A stretch of DNA of 64,000 bases from contig NMRA01000144.1 of NCBI GenBank assembly GCA_002633005.1, forward strand, positions 546,248 through 610,247, read 5' to 3'. This stretch comes from Phoronis australis (taxonomy: Eukaryota > Animalia > Phoronida). How positions within the stretch are numbered: the stretch's first letter is position 1; every line of letters begins with the position of its first letter. The notes beneath the pieces were generated by a model. That model was given only the letters and a program-made list of their open reading frames with translations. It did no database searches and was not told where the DNA came from. Shown piece after piece: positions 49,724 through 63,081 of this stretch. A program made the position numbers and the translations under genes.

Positions 49724-50511
49724 TTAAGTGGACCTCCGGCATACCACGGACAGAGGAACAACTGTCCCACTTGCCAGAGTGTCCCGCGACACACTCCCAC
49801 TGGATGGTGACCTGAGCACCCAAACTGCTTACATCGTGTCGTGTGACTCCCTCGCCACACACCTGGCACCTTCTAAATAGCTCCAACACTTTAGACAAGT
49901 CCACAATAAACTTATCAAAGTTTGGCTCACCGATCTGTTCACTGGACGACGAACTGTCCTCTTCACTGGGTGTCGAACTGGGCCTGTAATCACTCCCACT
50001 ACTCAATATCGCTGCAGGGCTGCTTAGAGGCTCTGGGCTGGAGAAAACAGCACAGGGCGAATCACTACTGGTTCCAGGAATTGCACGCTCTGGGGTACGT
50101 TCGGAGGCACGGGTGACAGTAGATGAAGTGCCTCCACTGGCTCCAGTCACTGTACTGGCCACAGCTCGCGAGGCTTCTCGCTTCAAAAACGCACTTCTCG
50201 GGGGTGGCGACGGGGCACTGCCGGGAATCAACACAGACGGAATGGCATCCTTCTTCAGGCGTTGTTTCGCAGGGACCTTCATCAGTTCAGCGTACAAATC
50301 CCTTTCGTAATCGGACGGCAGAAAGTGCTTGCCACACACGGTAATTCTCCCCTGCTTTGTACGTTGCGTGGACGGGTAACGCTGCGTTCTTCACACGAAC
50401 GAGCCAAGTACGGCGAAGTGTGTCTTCCATGGGAAAGCGATGCAAAGGTAATCCAAAAGCGCGCGTGAGCCGATAATTAGTACATCCCGGTACGCAGCAA
50501 CAGTGTGGCAT
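49724..50511 (-). pseudogene. Kolobok transposase N-terminal half (THAP domain plus second Zn motif); catalytic region deleted
   Basis: MPHCCCVPGC...LHRFP..TLRRTW...YRV[frameshift in a TG repeat]CGKHF..SDY...RLKKDAIPSV, Ser/Pro-rich linker, then KFIV...LELFRRCQVC...GAQVTIQWECVAGHSGKWDS. Confidence 0.9.
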
Positions 50512-53039
50512 GTTGACTGACTAGTAAATGAAAGCAAACGACGACGGAACTCAACACAACCGAGGTAGAACAATGACTGACTCGGCAGCTCTCACAGTCA
50601 GACTATATTAAAACAAATTGGCGTGAAATGCTTGCCTCCTAAAACGTCACTTCCGGAATGGCGGACGAGTAATTAATAAAATTACGAAAAGCTATAATTA
50701 AGTGAAAAATATGTCTAGGATAACCAAACAACCTTATTTTAGCTCAAAATGACATGGAAGAAGGTTGCCTTCGCCTTTAACATATGAGAGGGTGTACTCT
50801 GAAAAGATCAAGGCAATCTCCCGTGGCCGCGACGCCGGCACTCAGCTAATTCGGTGCTATAGTACGCGACTGTTGTGGGTGACCTAATGGGGTAATGGTA
50901 ATGACAGGTAATGCCTATTTCTTCCACAAATTATTTCGTAAAAAAATCACATTACTTCAGAATCCAGCATAGTATACAAGACAATTATCATAAAATGTTT
51001 CGTATACGTTACTGGTGATGTATTCCTTGTGTTGTATTACTGCACAGGTTCACTAGTTATGCCTCACGGAGAGTACTTACAATGTACGGCCAATCTGTAC
51101 GGCTGAAAGCCTACACAATCAGCTTTCACCAAGGTCCAGATTTGACAGGCCAAGTTCCCGGGTTTTCCGATATTTTTATGATGGTACCGTGCAGGAAACT
51201 ATCACATAGACCAATCACAGGCCAGCACAGGACAAGGACAAGGACGAATGATGTTGACTATTACAACACTTGACTCGTTAGCTTTGAAATGCGGGAGTTC
51301 GATCAAAACAGAGAGATTTAAACAGCTGTAAATCCATCGACATTCTTTCATGGAAGCTAGGACCAATACTCCCAGACTGGAAGTCGCCATGTTGGTGAAC
51401 TAGTTTGGCCTATTATACAACTGACCAATAGAATGCCTTGTTTCTTGAAATCGGAACAGTCAATGATATTCCTGTAGCAGACCCCAACCAATCTCGTGGG
51501 TCTGTGCAGGAGGAGACTAGGTGTTTAGATACAATGCACATCTAGCTCGCTAGATTGCATTTGCTCTGGCAAATGATCTCAGGTGACACGCACGCGCTCA
51601 CTTACTCACGCAGAATTTCAAAACAAACGTCACGTGACAACAACGTGTGTTCGTCCAGAGATTTTTTGCGTGTTGCCCACCATAGATGGCACAATGTAGC
51701 ACAGATTTGTACTTAACCTGCCGTTAATCCCGACTCCACAGAAACTTAAAAGTCTTGGGGACGCTACTTGGAAAACTTAAAGAGGACTTCAAGTAATTTG
51801 TTGAGTCGAAACTATATTTTTATTCAAGAATTCAAGTTGCTCTATCGACGATCGCGAGGTAGCGACGTATCAGTCGGCGAGTTTTCGCCCTGGGATTTCA
51901 GAATAATTTTCTAAAAAATGATCGTAATATAACAACGAAGTTTGATAGCAATGCACCACAATTTTGTAGAAAGTCTATTATAGGTTACAGATACGTCACA
52001 GAGCGTAAATATAATGAATCTTAGCTTCCGATTTCACCCGTCTCGAAGACCGGGTTTCAACCGCCTTGGGTCACAAGCGCCTCCCTCAAACGATTTTTTA
52101 AGCGCCCTGAGCGGTTATTAGGGCAAGTGGTTGTTTTATTTAGGAAATATGTTGAAGAAATTAAAGTTCTACAAAATGACGTAAATATCGCTGATGTAGT
52201 TTGTTTCAATAAAACTATATTAACAATTGAAGACCATATGCATTTTTATGTTGCTGAGTAGACGTCAGCAATAAAATGTCTTTAATTATTTCTGCACTGA
52301 GTTTTACGGTCCCCCTAAAGTAGAAATAGATCCCAAAATATTGAAAGGGGTCCACTAGACCCCAGCTTCTGGGAGACTAACACTGTAGCTTGTCAGTTTC
52401 CTTGTTGGTAGGAGAAAGTGGGGAGAGCTTATATTGCCCGGCTCTAAAGTACTTACTTTTTACCTTCACAGTTTTGTACTATGTGAACTTTGAAAATACA
52501 TATGCAAAAGCGCATTGTTACAGATGTGGGCCACTAGCAGTAATAGTTTAGTAAAGACAAATGCAAATGACCTGGTTCGTTCTATAGCAAAAAACGTGGC
52601 ATGAAAGAACTGTTGCACCTATTCTACATTAACGATATCAGCCGGTGGCATACCCGTCGCCAGGTAAAATGGATGCGGGGAGGTCTAAATTCGTCGGCGA
52701 GCGAGGAATCGCATTTTAAGTGCATGTTTACATTGGCCGTGAATGCTTGTTGGCAGTTTTGCAGTCGACGGTAATGTTTGTTTTATTTCTTTCTTCTGAG
52801 TCCTTACTTCTGGTCCCTCAATTCCACCCCCATTTTTCATTTTTATGCCCCCAATCGAAACTGAAAAATGTCAGAGATCTGTGAAACAGTTAATCTGTGA
52901 CTGACATTGATCTTTTTTAAAAACTCAAGATCACGAGCGCTCTAAAATTATTAAGGCCGCTAGGTCGTATTGTGTATAGTCACGTGATATACGCGAGCGA
53001 CTTGGGCATAGAATCTTGGTGGTAGAATATGTGGTCAGG

Positions 53040-53323
53040 AATGTTGTTGACAAGATTTTTTAAATGTTGACAAGATTTTTTGAAAATGTTGGCAAGATTT
53101 TTTGAAAATTTTGGCAACATTCTTGAAAATGTTGGCAACATTTAAATAAAATGTTGACGAGATATTTCAAATGTTGACAAGTTTTTTTGAAAATGTTGGC
53201 AACATTTATGTAAAATGTTGACAAGATTCTTAAAATGTTGTCAACATTTTAAAAATTGATGTTAATATTATCTTGATCTTGGGGTTTAAATCTGTGATGT
53301 ATTTATTCCATTTTGGCGTTCCA
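53040..53323 (-). mobile_element. Right arm of the fold-back-like element with about ten 20-22 bp tandem repeats
   Basis: AAATGTTG(A/G)CAA(G/C)ATTT units ending in ...CCATTTTGGCGTTCCA; inverted homologue of 38368-38510. Confidence 0.8.
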
Positions 53324-55081
53324 TGTGTAATGGATTTTTAAAAAATTGTTTTGCGTTTTTTTAATGTATAGATTGTAGGCCTAGCAGGCCTTCTGATTTG
53401 TATCAAAACATCTCTTGAGCATACTTTAATTCTACATTGATGAAGGCAGGTATAGGCTCAGGTGTAATAAACAAACTTGAACTGAACTGCTCACAAAGCT
53501 CGCAATACGATGATGTCATATCTGAGCACAACGTGGAAGTGGTGGCACTGAATAGTTAGGCTTCGGCCGCGGCCAATTTGCGCTCCCACAAAATTAAAAT
53601 CTAGGGGTAGACCAGGCTTGGGGGCATTTTGTAGGGCTTGTGATGTGAAATGACTCAAAAATTTTCGTTCTTTGCATGTAGTTTTTGACAGAGTGAAGAT
53701 AGGGTGACTAGTTCATTGATGTGTGGTTGACAAACCCCTGTGAGAACTGTTCTGTGCCCTCTGTAAACAAACGTAAGCGTGTTACGCACTGTCAGTTAAT
53801 GTCTTGAAGCAAAACTCACTGTTTACCTACAACACACACACCTGTACTGGCCACTAGTACTTTTTTGTTACGGAGTTGGTCGTTAAAATCCGAAATATTC
53901 TTGAGCCTAGGACACGACAGACGTCTCTCTCAAACCTACCGTTTTTGCGTTTTTTGTGTAGTGCCACTGATATGCATCTAAAGGAGTATCAAACGTGGAT
54001 GCACCGTTATCCTATGGGCATTCATGATACTTGTATTTTGGCACACTGACCAACAAAAATACTGGGTATTTTTTGAAATGTGAGATTCACTAAATCTCCG
54101 CAAATAGTATACGTAAAGTGTAACTTCTGAACATAAATGCTATGATCGCTGCTGTAAAGGTTCAGTGACCACTCCCAAATCATCGAGAACAACTTTATTG
54201 ATGTGTACTTATGTGGCATATTGACCAACAATACACGAATGTACGGCGTAATTTCGAAACATGCACCAAATAATCTGACCATTGGCATAACTTTGTGACG
54301 TGATGATGATCGATGGATTACATGGAGAATCTGTACACGAATAAGCGACTCACGAACTAGTAACGCCTCTTTGTTAGACAATTTTTGCTATTTTTTTCTA
54401 TTTCTTCGGGACCGATGGCCATGGTGTGGTCACGATGTATGTTCATCCATGAAAACGAATGTTACGAAGGCTAGTGGTCGTTTACAGAGGAGTCGTTTGA
54501 ATTCTTGCAAGTGTTTATCGAGAAATGTTCGTTTATTAGATTACGAAAACTGCAGGATTCGTTTACGATGAAGTGATACTTTTTCAAACTAATGTGACTT
54601 CAATAACACAAAAATTAGCTATTGTATATGTTTTAGCTATTGTATATGCTTTAATGTTTACTGATGGAGGCCACTGCAACAAAAATCGCAAACACTGAGT
54701 GAGTTTTTAGGCGACTGAACCTTGATTTGGTTAAACCAAATGAACCGCTTTTTTACGCAGGCTTGGATATCGACAGCGCGTCGACATTTAACTAATTGAA
54801 TTGCTGTGTTTTGAGTGCATTGAGCACATCTAAGAAGCTCGAAGACGGTTTCGGGCAGTTGTTTAATTGTTTTCGCTGTACAGCAGCAGACAGAAAGGAC
54901 AACCGTAACGTGAATTATAAAGTAGAATTTTAGGAGTTTCCTTCACCAACTTCAAATTGTAAGGACGCCTGTTGTCGAAAGCTAAGACATGATTGACTAT
55001 CGGTAGTTTTTTTCCTTAAATCGGTGTTGTTCCTTCCGATATTTATAATAAATTAAGCAACTCATTGATGAAGCACGTATC

Positions 55082-55101
55082 AGTAGTAGTAGTAGTAGTA
55101 G
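55082..55101. repeat. (TAG)n microsatellite
   Basis: Six to seven AGT units. Confidence 0.85.
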
Positions 55102-58100
55102 AATCTCACTATAGATGTCGCGCCAGTCTTGATCAACAGCGGCAAACAAACGAGCTTATCCAGTTGTTGCTCGTGATTGATTTCGGCGGTTCCGTCAAGT
55201 GGTTTAGACCTCTGATTGGTTCTTAATGACGGCATCTGGCTTACAGACCAATCAAATGTCTTAGCTACAGTGGTCGACCCGGCGAAGTCAAGCAAATGCA
55301 GCCAATAAATTCTAAAAATAATGAACGTTCGAGTGCTGCCTGTATACAGTTGTTTCTTATTTTATGTCAGTCCCAAAAAGCATTGGCGTGCAAACAAATA
55401 GCCTATACGTACACCCAATCAAATAGTCACGTGACAAAATTGTTGGTGCGGTTTTGTTCGTGCAACTGAATAACCTTTGACGTCGGTCGGCAATAAGGAA
55501 CAGAATGCACTGAATTTGGGATAAATCTTATTTACGAAAGGACCACAAGAAACAAATCACCCGATATGTATTTTAGTCATATTATGCCGTCACGTTTCGT
55601 CTCCGGTGAACACGTTCAATTCGCCGGGTTTAACACACTCAAACACGGAGCCACAAGATGACTGACAGCGTAAATTTAGTTTGGGGTGAGGAGACACATG
55701 GGCAAAGATCATCAAAATTACCATGTTTCTTGTCGGTCAATAAAAGTTCGACCAGAAAAGTAAAATAGAGATCATTATGATTTGTGGTGAAGTGAGAGAC
55801 CTCTAACGGTAAAAGTAGCAATCGTTCAAGCATCACGAACTATTCCTGGGCTGGGGCGAAACTAGAAGTTTTAGCTTCGCGGAGTGTATCCGAAGTAATT
55901 TGCCCAACTTATTTCATATGCTAACCACAAAACTCTGGAAGTAAAGTTGTGGGAGCAGACTTGTTTGTATTGAGAATTTTACAATTTCGATGGCATTTTT
56001 GGCCATTTTGTCATATTTTAGGGTCTACTTAAATTTCTCTTGAAATTATTAAGTCGGTTAATATAATATGGAATTATCAAAACAGTTCCTCAAACTAAAC
56101 CTGGTGGCGCACTGGCCAAGTTCTGAGCTTCAACAAGTCCGAGTCTGTCTGCAACGACCGAGACACTCGCAGATTTCAGTCTGTTTACATAACAATTTGC
56201 TCTTGACTTGAGCAATGGTGACAGAATCAGGTAAAAATATCAATACAGCGATTCAGCCGGTCAGATACACATTGTTTGCATTGTGTTTGCAGCGTCACGA
56301 CATGTCCGGTTTTGAAGAATGGGTGACTCGATACATTTATTTTCGCCTCTAAGATGGCCAGGAGCATAGGTCGTTTCAGAGTCGTCATCTTTCCCATTTC
56401 CATGTGTTGCTGTGGACTTTGGTTATTTATCGTTGTTGTTTTCGGAAATGACAGTTGTTTTAACAGTTGCCCAAAACTAATGTAGCTAAGTAATAACAAT
56501 TTTCGAAACCTTGGACACGCATAGTTTACAAAGCCTATGTTCGTTTGAGGATTAATTTACGGTTGAAACGTAATGTTTTTACCTCCATCAGCTGGTCGGT
56601 ATCAGTTATTACTTGACGTTTGCGAAGTTTGTATATATTTACGGGTCCGTAAGAAATATGAAGCATCAATTTCTGTCCTTTTGGACCCAATGGAATAAAA
56701 CTACAAGTAACAATGCCGAAATTAAAAACAGATTTACCTGGGTATGGACCCGGTCAGTCGTAACCCTCAACTCCCCAGGAGCATACAGAGGATGCGACCG
56801 CTGTCGGAGCCCACATTATTTGGTAAAAATATCAGTGCTAAATTGCCTCCGTGATTACCTGAATCGGAAAAATCCAAGATCTGCAAAGTTTTTGAAATGT
56901 AATGTGTTGCATTTCTATTCCTATTTGTGGGTCAAAATCGCGTCATAATAGTGGTAGATACGTCACCACTAAACATCGGAATACCTACGGTCCGGACCTA
57001 CGGTACTTTCTATTAGGGCAGTGTTTTTGCACACAAACAATGTGAACTGTTACCTATGCGCCTGAACGTTGAGAACTGTCATGTTAGTTCCATTAAAATT
57101 GAATCGTAATAATTACCAATTGCACAAGGCAACTTAAGAAAACAATAATACTGTCCAACAGCACCAAACATTCCTGAATACCTATAATAAAACTAAGTAC
57201 GAAGTGTTGTGTTTATGTTTTTTGGCGGAACCCTTTTTTTAATACGGCGAGCTAGAATTCCTGAAAACACATGATCAATCCATGTGCCAAGTGGGGTGAA
57301 CTGTTGGAAGATTCACCGCCGCTATCTTGATTTATTCCAGTTGGAAATGTGCAAAGTCTGCTTGACCTAATTTCTTTGCCCTTGTCTTTAATATCGTTTC
57401 TATAAAAATTGACTAAAAAGATTCAAAATGTAATTCAAAGTTAAGTGTTCAGACTAATTGTCCAGAACGCCTTCAAAAAGGTAATATTACCTTTTAAATA
57501 CAAAGCAACCCCGATGCTTGAAAAAAACTGAAATTTTATGATAACTTTGTTGTTTCATTTTGACATTTTTCAACGGCAGTCATTCAACAAGTCAAAAGTG
57601 TTCACAATACCATTTTACAGATACTCAAATAAACATTTTGAAACACCACGTGACTATCATTTCAACCACACGATAACTACAATAACTCACGGCGTTGCAG
57701 CATAACACAGCTGAGAATATTTTCAGCTACTACCTTTTACAGCGGCTTAAGTCATTGCAATATTTTGATATTAAAAATGCTTCATGTTTTACTTTTGGTT
57801 CTTTTACTGCTTAAAAATATCGGATGTGGTTAAGAACTATGCCAAAGTATCAGCCCGCTGCCGGTTTACATCGCCAGTAGAACGAAGCCGTCAATATGCG
57901 GCCATTCGTTGTCGATCGCTGATTAGAGGCAATATTTTTGTGAGAACCTCAGTCACTGGCTGACGATACGTTTCATTAAAACCTAAAGCTTTGGTCAAAT
58001 CTGGCCAGTAGTCTCTTTGCTCTTTTGTCTGCAAACTTTTCTACCAGTGTAAAACTATGTTGCAAGCTTGGCCCTATATTCAGTTCCTGAGTGGGCGATG

Positions 58101-59359
58101 AAACAGTTTAGTTTAGTGACGGTGTTCAGAACACAGGTGTTTCTTCTTGTTGCTATGTAGTAAGAAGGTGGATTTTTTCCTGATCTCTTGCGTGGACATA
58201 ACTGTAAAAACAAAATAGAATTTCAACTTGTTTTTGTTAATGCAATTAGTCTAATTTGAATTGCGCCAAGAACAAAACTTTAAACTGCAACCGACTTGCA
58301 CAAGAAAAAATCGCGCCTAACTCCACGACGAGGTTAATTGAGCTGGCCCCAAAATAGATTGTAACCATGCCATTCATTGATTTGAAACTTGTTGGTTTAA
58401 AAATTGCGTTGCATCTTTCATTTTCACACAGAACAACAGATGAAGAAGTTTCCATTCTAAGAAAAATTAAACATGATACTAACAAAACACGCATTTCGTC
58501 CTGGCTAACAAAACGGAAATTATGCCTTTTAGACTCGTAAAATTGGTCTCGCACTGTTTCTTACCATGATAGGGATTCCGTTTCCGTCACTAACTAAAGT
58601 TACTGGCAATGTGCACACGCCCCATTTTTGAGTTTGCAATTTTAGGGTTTCCAACCGCACTAAACTCTGAAGAATATTCTCGAGTCGCTGCTGGTTTCGA
58701 TGTTTGACGGTAGCGGAAATAGAATCATTTCAAGGTAAGACCAACATTATGAGAGTGGACAGTCAATTTTCGTTTGTCAGCAAGCGAATTAGGGCGAAAT
58801 GCAGCGATAAAAGTTGAGGCAAATTTATCACCAACGGATATGAAATACACATGAAATTAAACCAAATTTTCAAAACTCAAAATTAGAGCAATCATTTGAA
58901 TGAACCTCTGCCCAACTGTTCTTTAATTACCCAACGTTTTCTTTCTTTGCCAAATATAATTGAAACTAATTGGGGATGTCACCCCACCAAAGATATGCTC
59001 CTGCTCTTGGTACAAAAAGCATAGCATAGCCAGTTGGTAACGCGAAGACCATTCAAACCCAGTTCTTTTCCGACCAACTCTTCACAAAAATCAGTCTGAC
59101 TACTGTAAACGTCGTCAGATAATGAGAATACTATAACTGATTTAAAACTATTACTTAGAAAATATATTTATAGAAGAATCGAACAGAATTTTTTGAGAGT
59201 TCTGCTCACATAACGACTCCTGGTAATGTATCTCTGGGAAAACTTTAATCGCGAAGGAGAACATCAGTGGTGCAGCACATACGGTCGTGAACGGTAATAA
59301 CACGTATACACCATACTTACAGAAGAGCTGGTGGTTAAAATAGACAATTACTGGGTTAA

Positions 59360-62167
59360 AGGGACATTACAGGTTTTACGGCCGGAGACGCATTTCTGGG
59401 ATTATTGGTTTATGGGATAAGACTCTTGGAGTTTTCTCGAGTCGATGGTGGTTTCGATGTTCTTGTTATTGTTGGTAACGGAGTCTGATCACGGTAATTA
59501 ATATTATGAGGCCCGATTTTATGAGAGTAAAAGGCACACTCAGATTTTTGTTTTAGCCTACTAAACAGGGCTAAATGTAGTTTTAACCAACACCATCATT
59601 TAATATAGTTTTGTCTCGATACTTTATTGGCGACTAATTAGCCACAACTAATTCACAAACGCTAATTGATTCTACCCTAGCTTTATTAGTCGCCGTTGTT
59701 TCAGATTGACAAAGATAATTGTCTTAGACAACACGTTATCAAGCTCAATAACATTTACACTTTGTAACAATTAGTTATAAGGCAATGGAGTTAATTAGCC
59801 AAACAAACCGTTGTTAACTTGATTCGTGCTTTCTGCTCGAGCAACATTAGAATTAATTACAAAACAAATAAGGGTTAATGTGTTATTGATATCTAATATA
59901 CATTTGATGTTTGGGTGTTTCTGATAACACGAAACAGTTAACAAAAGAATTACGTCACTCATTGAAACAGTAAAACTTTTCATCAACACTGTTCTACGTT
60001 TCGTTTACCATTAATATGTACCTCTCGGCAAAACCAACAATTAAATGATTCACATTTTTTTACAAAAACTATGGCGTTTACTTAATTACGTTTACTATTT
60101 AAAGAAATCTTTGTATACAACCAATTAATGCGTGTAATATGGCAGACGTTTCGTGATTTCGTACAGTTGCTTTCAGTAATTAAAATTCGATTTCCAATAA
60201 AAGGTAGGACTTGAGTGTGACTCATTATTGATATATTATAGATCTCAATAATTATTTTGTGTAATTAACACGGATAACAATGTTAATTGTTTTAATGATT
60301 AGCACCTGTTAAACACAAACATTTTCAGGCTCAACGCAAAATGTCTTTTGTCGTTGATAAGTATGTGGAAAAACGAGTTCACCCTAATATAAGTTGTTCA
60401 TAACAGCGGCTGTGTCATATGTCAGCTTCTTAAGTAATTTGACCCAAGAATCAAGAAATTTTGTGGTCCCAATCGATATTCGTTCCAGTTCTTCCGGTCG
60501 CACAAATAATATGAATCCAGTATCTGAAAAAATAGTGAATCCTTGTATAAGCTTTTATGGAACAATGCAAGTTTAACTTCTCCAGATTTCAGCTGAATTT
60601 CATTTTGTAAAGCTCTCGAGGTAATCACGGCAATCAATCAATGTAAATTGATCTGCCATTCAAAAACGCCAATGCCAAAATTTTAGGCATTAAGCGTACC
60701 AGCCACAGGGCTCAACATTACTTTGTACAGCTCATTTTTGACCCGATTAGCTCACCTCTTAATACCTGCACGCCCGGAGGTATGCGTATTGATTGGGTTA
60801 AATAAAGGTTAAAGACGCTGCTTATGTTTCATCGCTATCAGGCAAAGGTCGATGTTCGGGATACTAGACTTTTAAACCTAATTCCTGGTTGAAAGTCATG
60901 TCTATAGCCACAATTATGGACCTCTGGTCACCGAGTTCCTTCCATTTATGAAACCGATTCCAAAGTGAAATTGTCTATCCTGTATGACTTCTAGGAATAA
61001 AACCAGCTTTCAAAAAATGCAAAAATAACCAAATTTCCATTTTTCGCCTAAAAATCTATGGTTTACAACATGTTACATGTTTAGGGTATGCTTTTCATGA
61101 AATTTATTATTAGGGTGCTAAGAAGATTACGAATCGCTGTTTAAGCGTTCAAAAGTAACGCAAGAATTTCGGCCGTTTGTTGTGAAATTCGGAGAAATAT
61201 GGAAGAAAAAACGAACTATCATTAGACGGAACATCATCTCGGAAAAATCCGTTATTATTTCGTCCATTTCGGAGAGCGAAAATGAGGTCAAAGGTCAAGG
61301 TTCACTTTATTTGGATCCAGTTTGGAGAAAGTTCACGTTATTAGGGTTATGCCTTGAAGGTACACTTTGAAAGGGTGCGGTTCTGGGGGGTCTGGTACTC
61401 TTAGGGACTGTTTCAAAATCACTTGTTGAAAATCGGGTACACGAGTTTCTGGTGGCTGCCACCTGAAAGAACTGACCGAGTGTCGTCAACCTACGTAGGC
61501 TCCTAAAAATCTTCTTAGCCAGGACCCCCAAAGGATAAAATGATAGTGGATAAATATTTCTTAAAATTTCTCTCTTGTCCATATTTCGCTGTGTCACTTT
61601 TCTCCACTACCTGAGTTTAGCTGGTGATCGAGACGGTTTTGGGGTGAAACCATAAAAAAAAATTATTATACTACTAAACTCAACGAATGAAGTTCGACTC
61701 AAAACCGAAATCAAAACACCGAAAGGGCAAGTCGAGTAAATTATCAATGTATATGTGCTCAAGTTGGCTAAAAATAAACCTCACGCCACTGTTCAAAAAT
61801 TTCCTACATGACGCTATGAATGTAAATTTCAGATAGTAACCCCATCTGACAGAAACGGCACTTCTTTAACTTTCTGGTGTCTGCAAATGTTCGTGAGGGT
61901 GTACTTCAGGATGTGTTCCACATATAAATGGAAATTGCTTACAAAATGTCCTCACATTCTTTGTACTTGTGGCAATCTAACCAAAATAGGTGTGCCAGAT
62001 AAATCTGATGAAATTTGTTGAACATACATTATGAGCGACACAAGTAATTTTCTGAAATCAGGCTCACCAGCTCTGGTCCTCAAGAAGTCTATCCCAACCA
62101 TAGAACTCTAGACCCAGGTCTAGAGGCAACGATCCCAAAATGCAGCCGTACAGCCGATGATATCCCT
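59360..62167. mobile_element. Old Kolobok-like non-coding element
   Basis: TTAA|AGGGACATTACAGGTTTTACGGC..GCATTTCTGGGAT vs reverse complement of right end AGGGATATCATCGGCTGTACGGCTGCATTTTGGGAT, followed by TTAA. Confidence 0.55.
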
Positions 62168-62618
62168 TTAAACCATATGACTGTATTAACTTAATACATA
62201 TTTTTCCCAAACAGTCGGGATATAATATTCATTTCGAGGAAGGTTTATTATCTCGTATGGGCTTACTTATGGGCGGACCAGGGGTCAGAAATTTCCAGTA
62301 ATCATCGTTCTTTCTTTAAGTTAATTTCAATAGTATCGACGGAGCATTTCCAGCCGAGAGGTCTGGTGACATGATGCAACAAATAAAGTCATCACTGTGT
62401 GTCGCAATTTCAGTAATCATACTAAAACGTGAAAATCGAAGATTCAGTAGCCGTATATACTATTTTGTTGACTGACATACTGCAAAAAGGTAACAGCACC
62501 CAACTAAGGTGACGACAACACCATGTTGGTTGGTCAATGTCCGTCACAGATTAAAGTTGGTGGGCGAGAATTTTTCTTGTTATACAGTGTAAAAGGGAAC
62601 TGATATCGCAACGGAAGA

Positions 62619-63081
62619 TAGCCTCGTTCCGGGCGTCAACGTGCAGTCGGCTACGTGTAAACCAAAGATACACCCAAGTTACTGACTGCATTGACTTCCT
62701 TATTTGGAAAGTCACGTGAGTTGACTAGTCTAATAGTTTCCGTTACTTTCACGTTAACAAACTATGAGAAATACATAAGCCAGTGTTTGTTTGTTATTCT
62801 GTTAATTATTCTATACGTAATGAATTGGCTAGGTATTCTACAAGCAGTACGGTGCACAGTCTTAAAGACAAGGTTCACTGCTGCGCATTTACTGTGAACT
62901 AACACCTAAGCAGTATACTCGAAAAGTGAGAGGTGTTGCCGTAATAAGACGGGCATCAACGTGGAATTATAAGTAAAAAACAATTATTGTGCAGACGGAC
63001 CGATCTGTGGTCTGGTTGGGAGGGTCAGCCTACGTTCTAATTAAGTTACTTTATCTGAGGCGTGTAACCGGAACGAGCCTA
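62619..63081. mobile_element. Academ-like MITE
   Basis: TAGCCTCGTTCCGG ... CCGGAACGAGCCTA 14-bp TIRs starting with TAG; TSD ambiguous. Confidence 0.5.

Larger units (their letters stand above)
49087..50776 (-). mobile_element. Internally deleted Kolobok transposon (1690 bp) with about 165-bp TIRs
   Basis: TTAA|AGGCGAAGGCAACC ... GGTTGCCTTCGCCT|TTAA; near-identical long TIRs; convergent KolX and THAP-transposase 5' halves. Confidence 0.93.
38742..52130. mobile_element. Tc2/pogo-like element expanded to about 13.4 kb by nested insertions; carries a HIRAN relic
   Basis: TA|CCGTATTCGCCCTAATAACCGCCC left end; TAAGCGCCCTGAGCGGTTATTAGGGC right end (last bases eroded); same subterminal layout as 14691-16164. 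Pairing of the two ends is inferred. Confidence 0.55.

Noticed and set aside
49506-50339. Intact 277-aa protein
   Set aside because: It lacks the THAP N-terminus because of a frameshift, and its last part is antisense read-through of KolX.
53040-53250. Tandem 20-22 bp repeats as a CRISPR or satellite
   Set aside because: No unique spacers; they form the arm of an inverted repeat matching 38368-38510.
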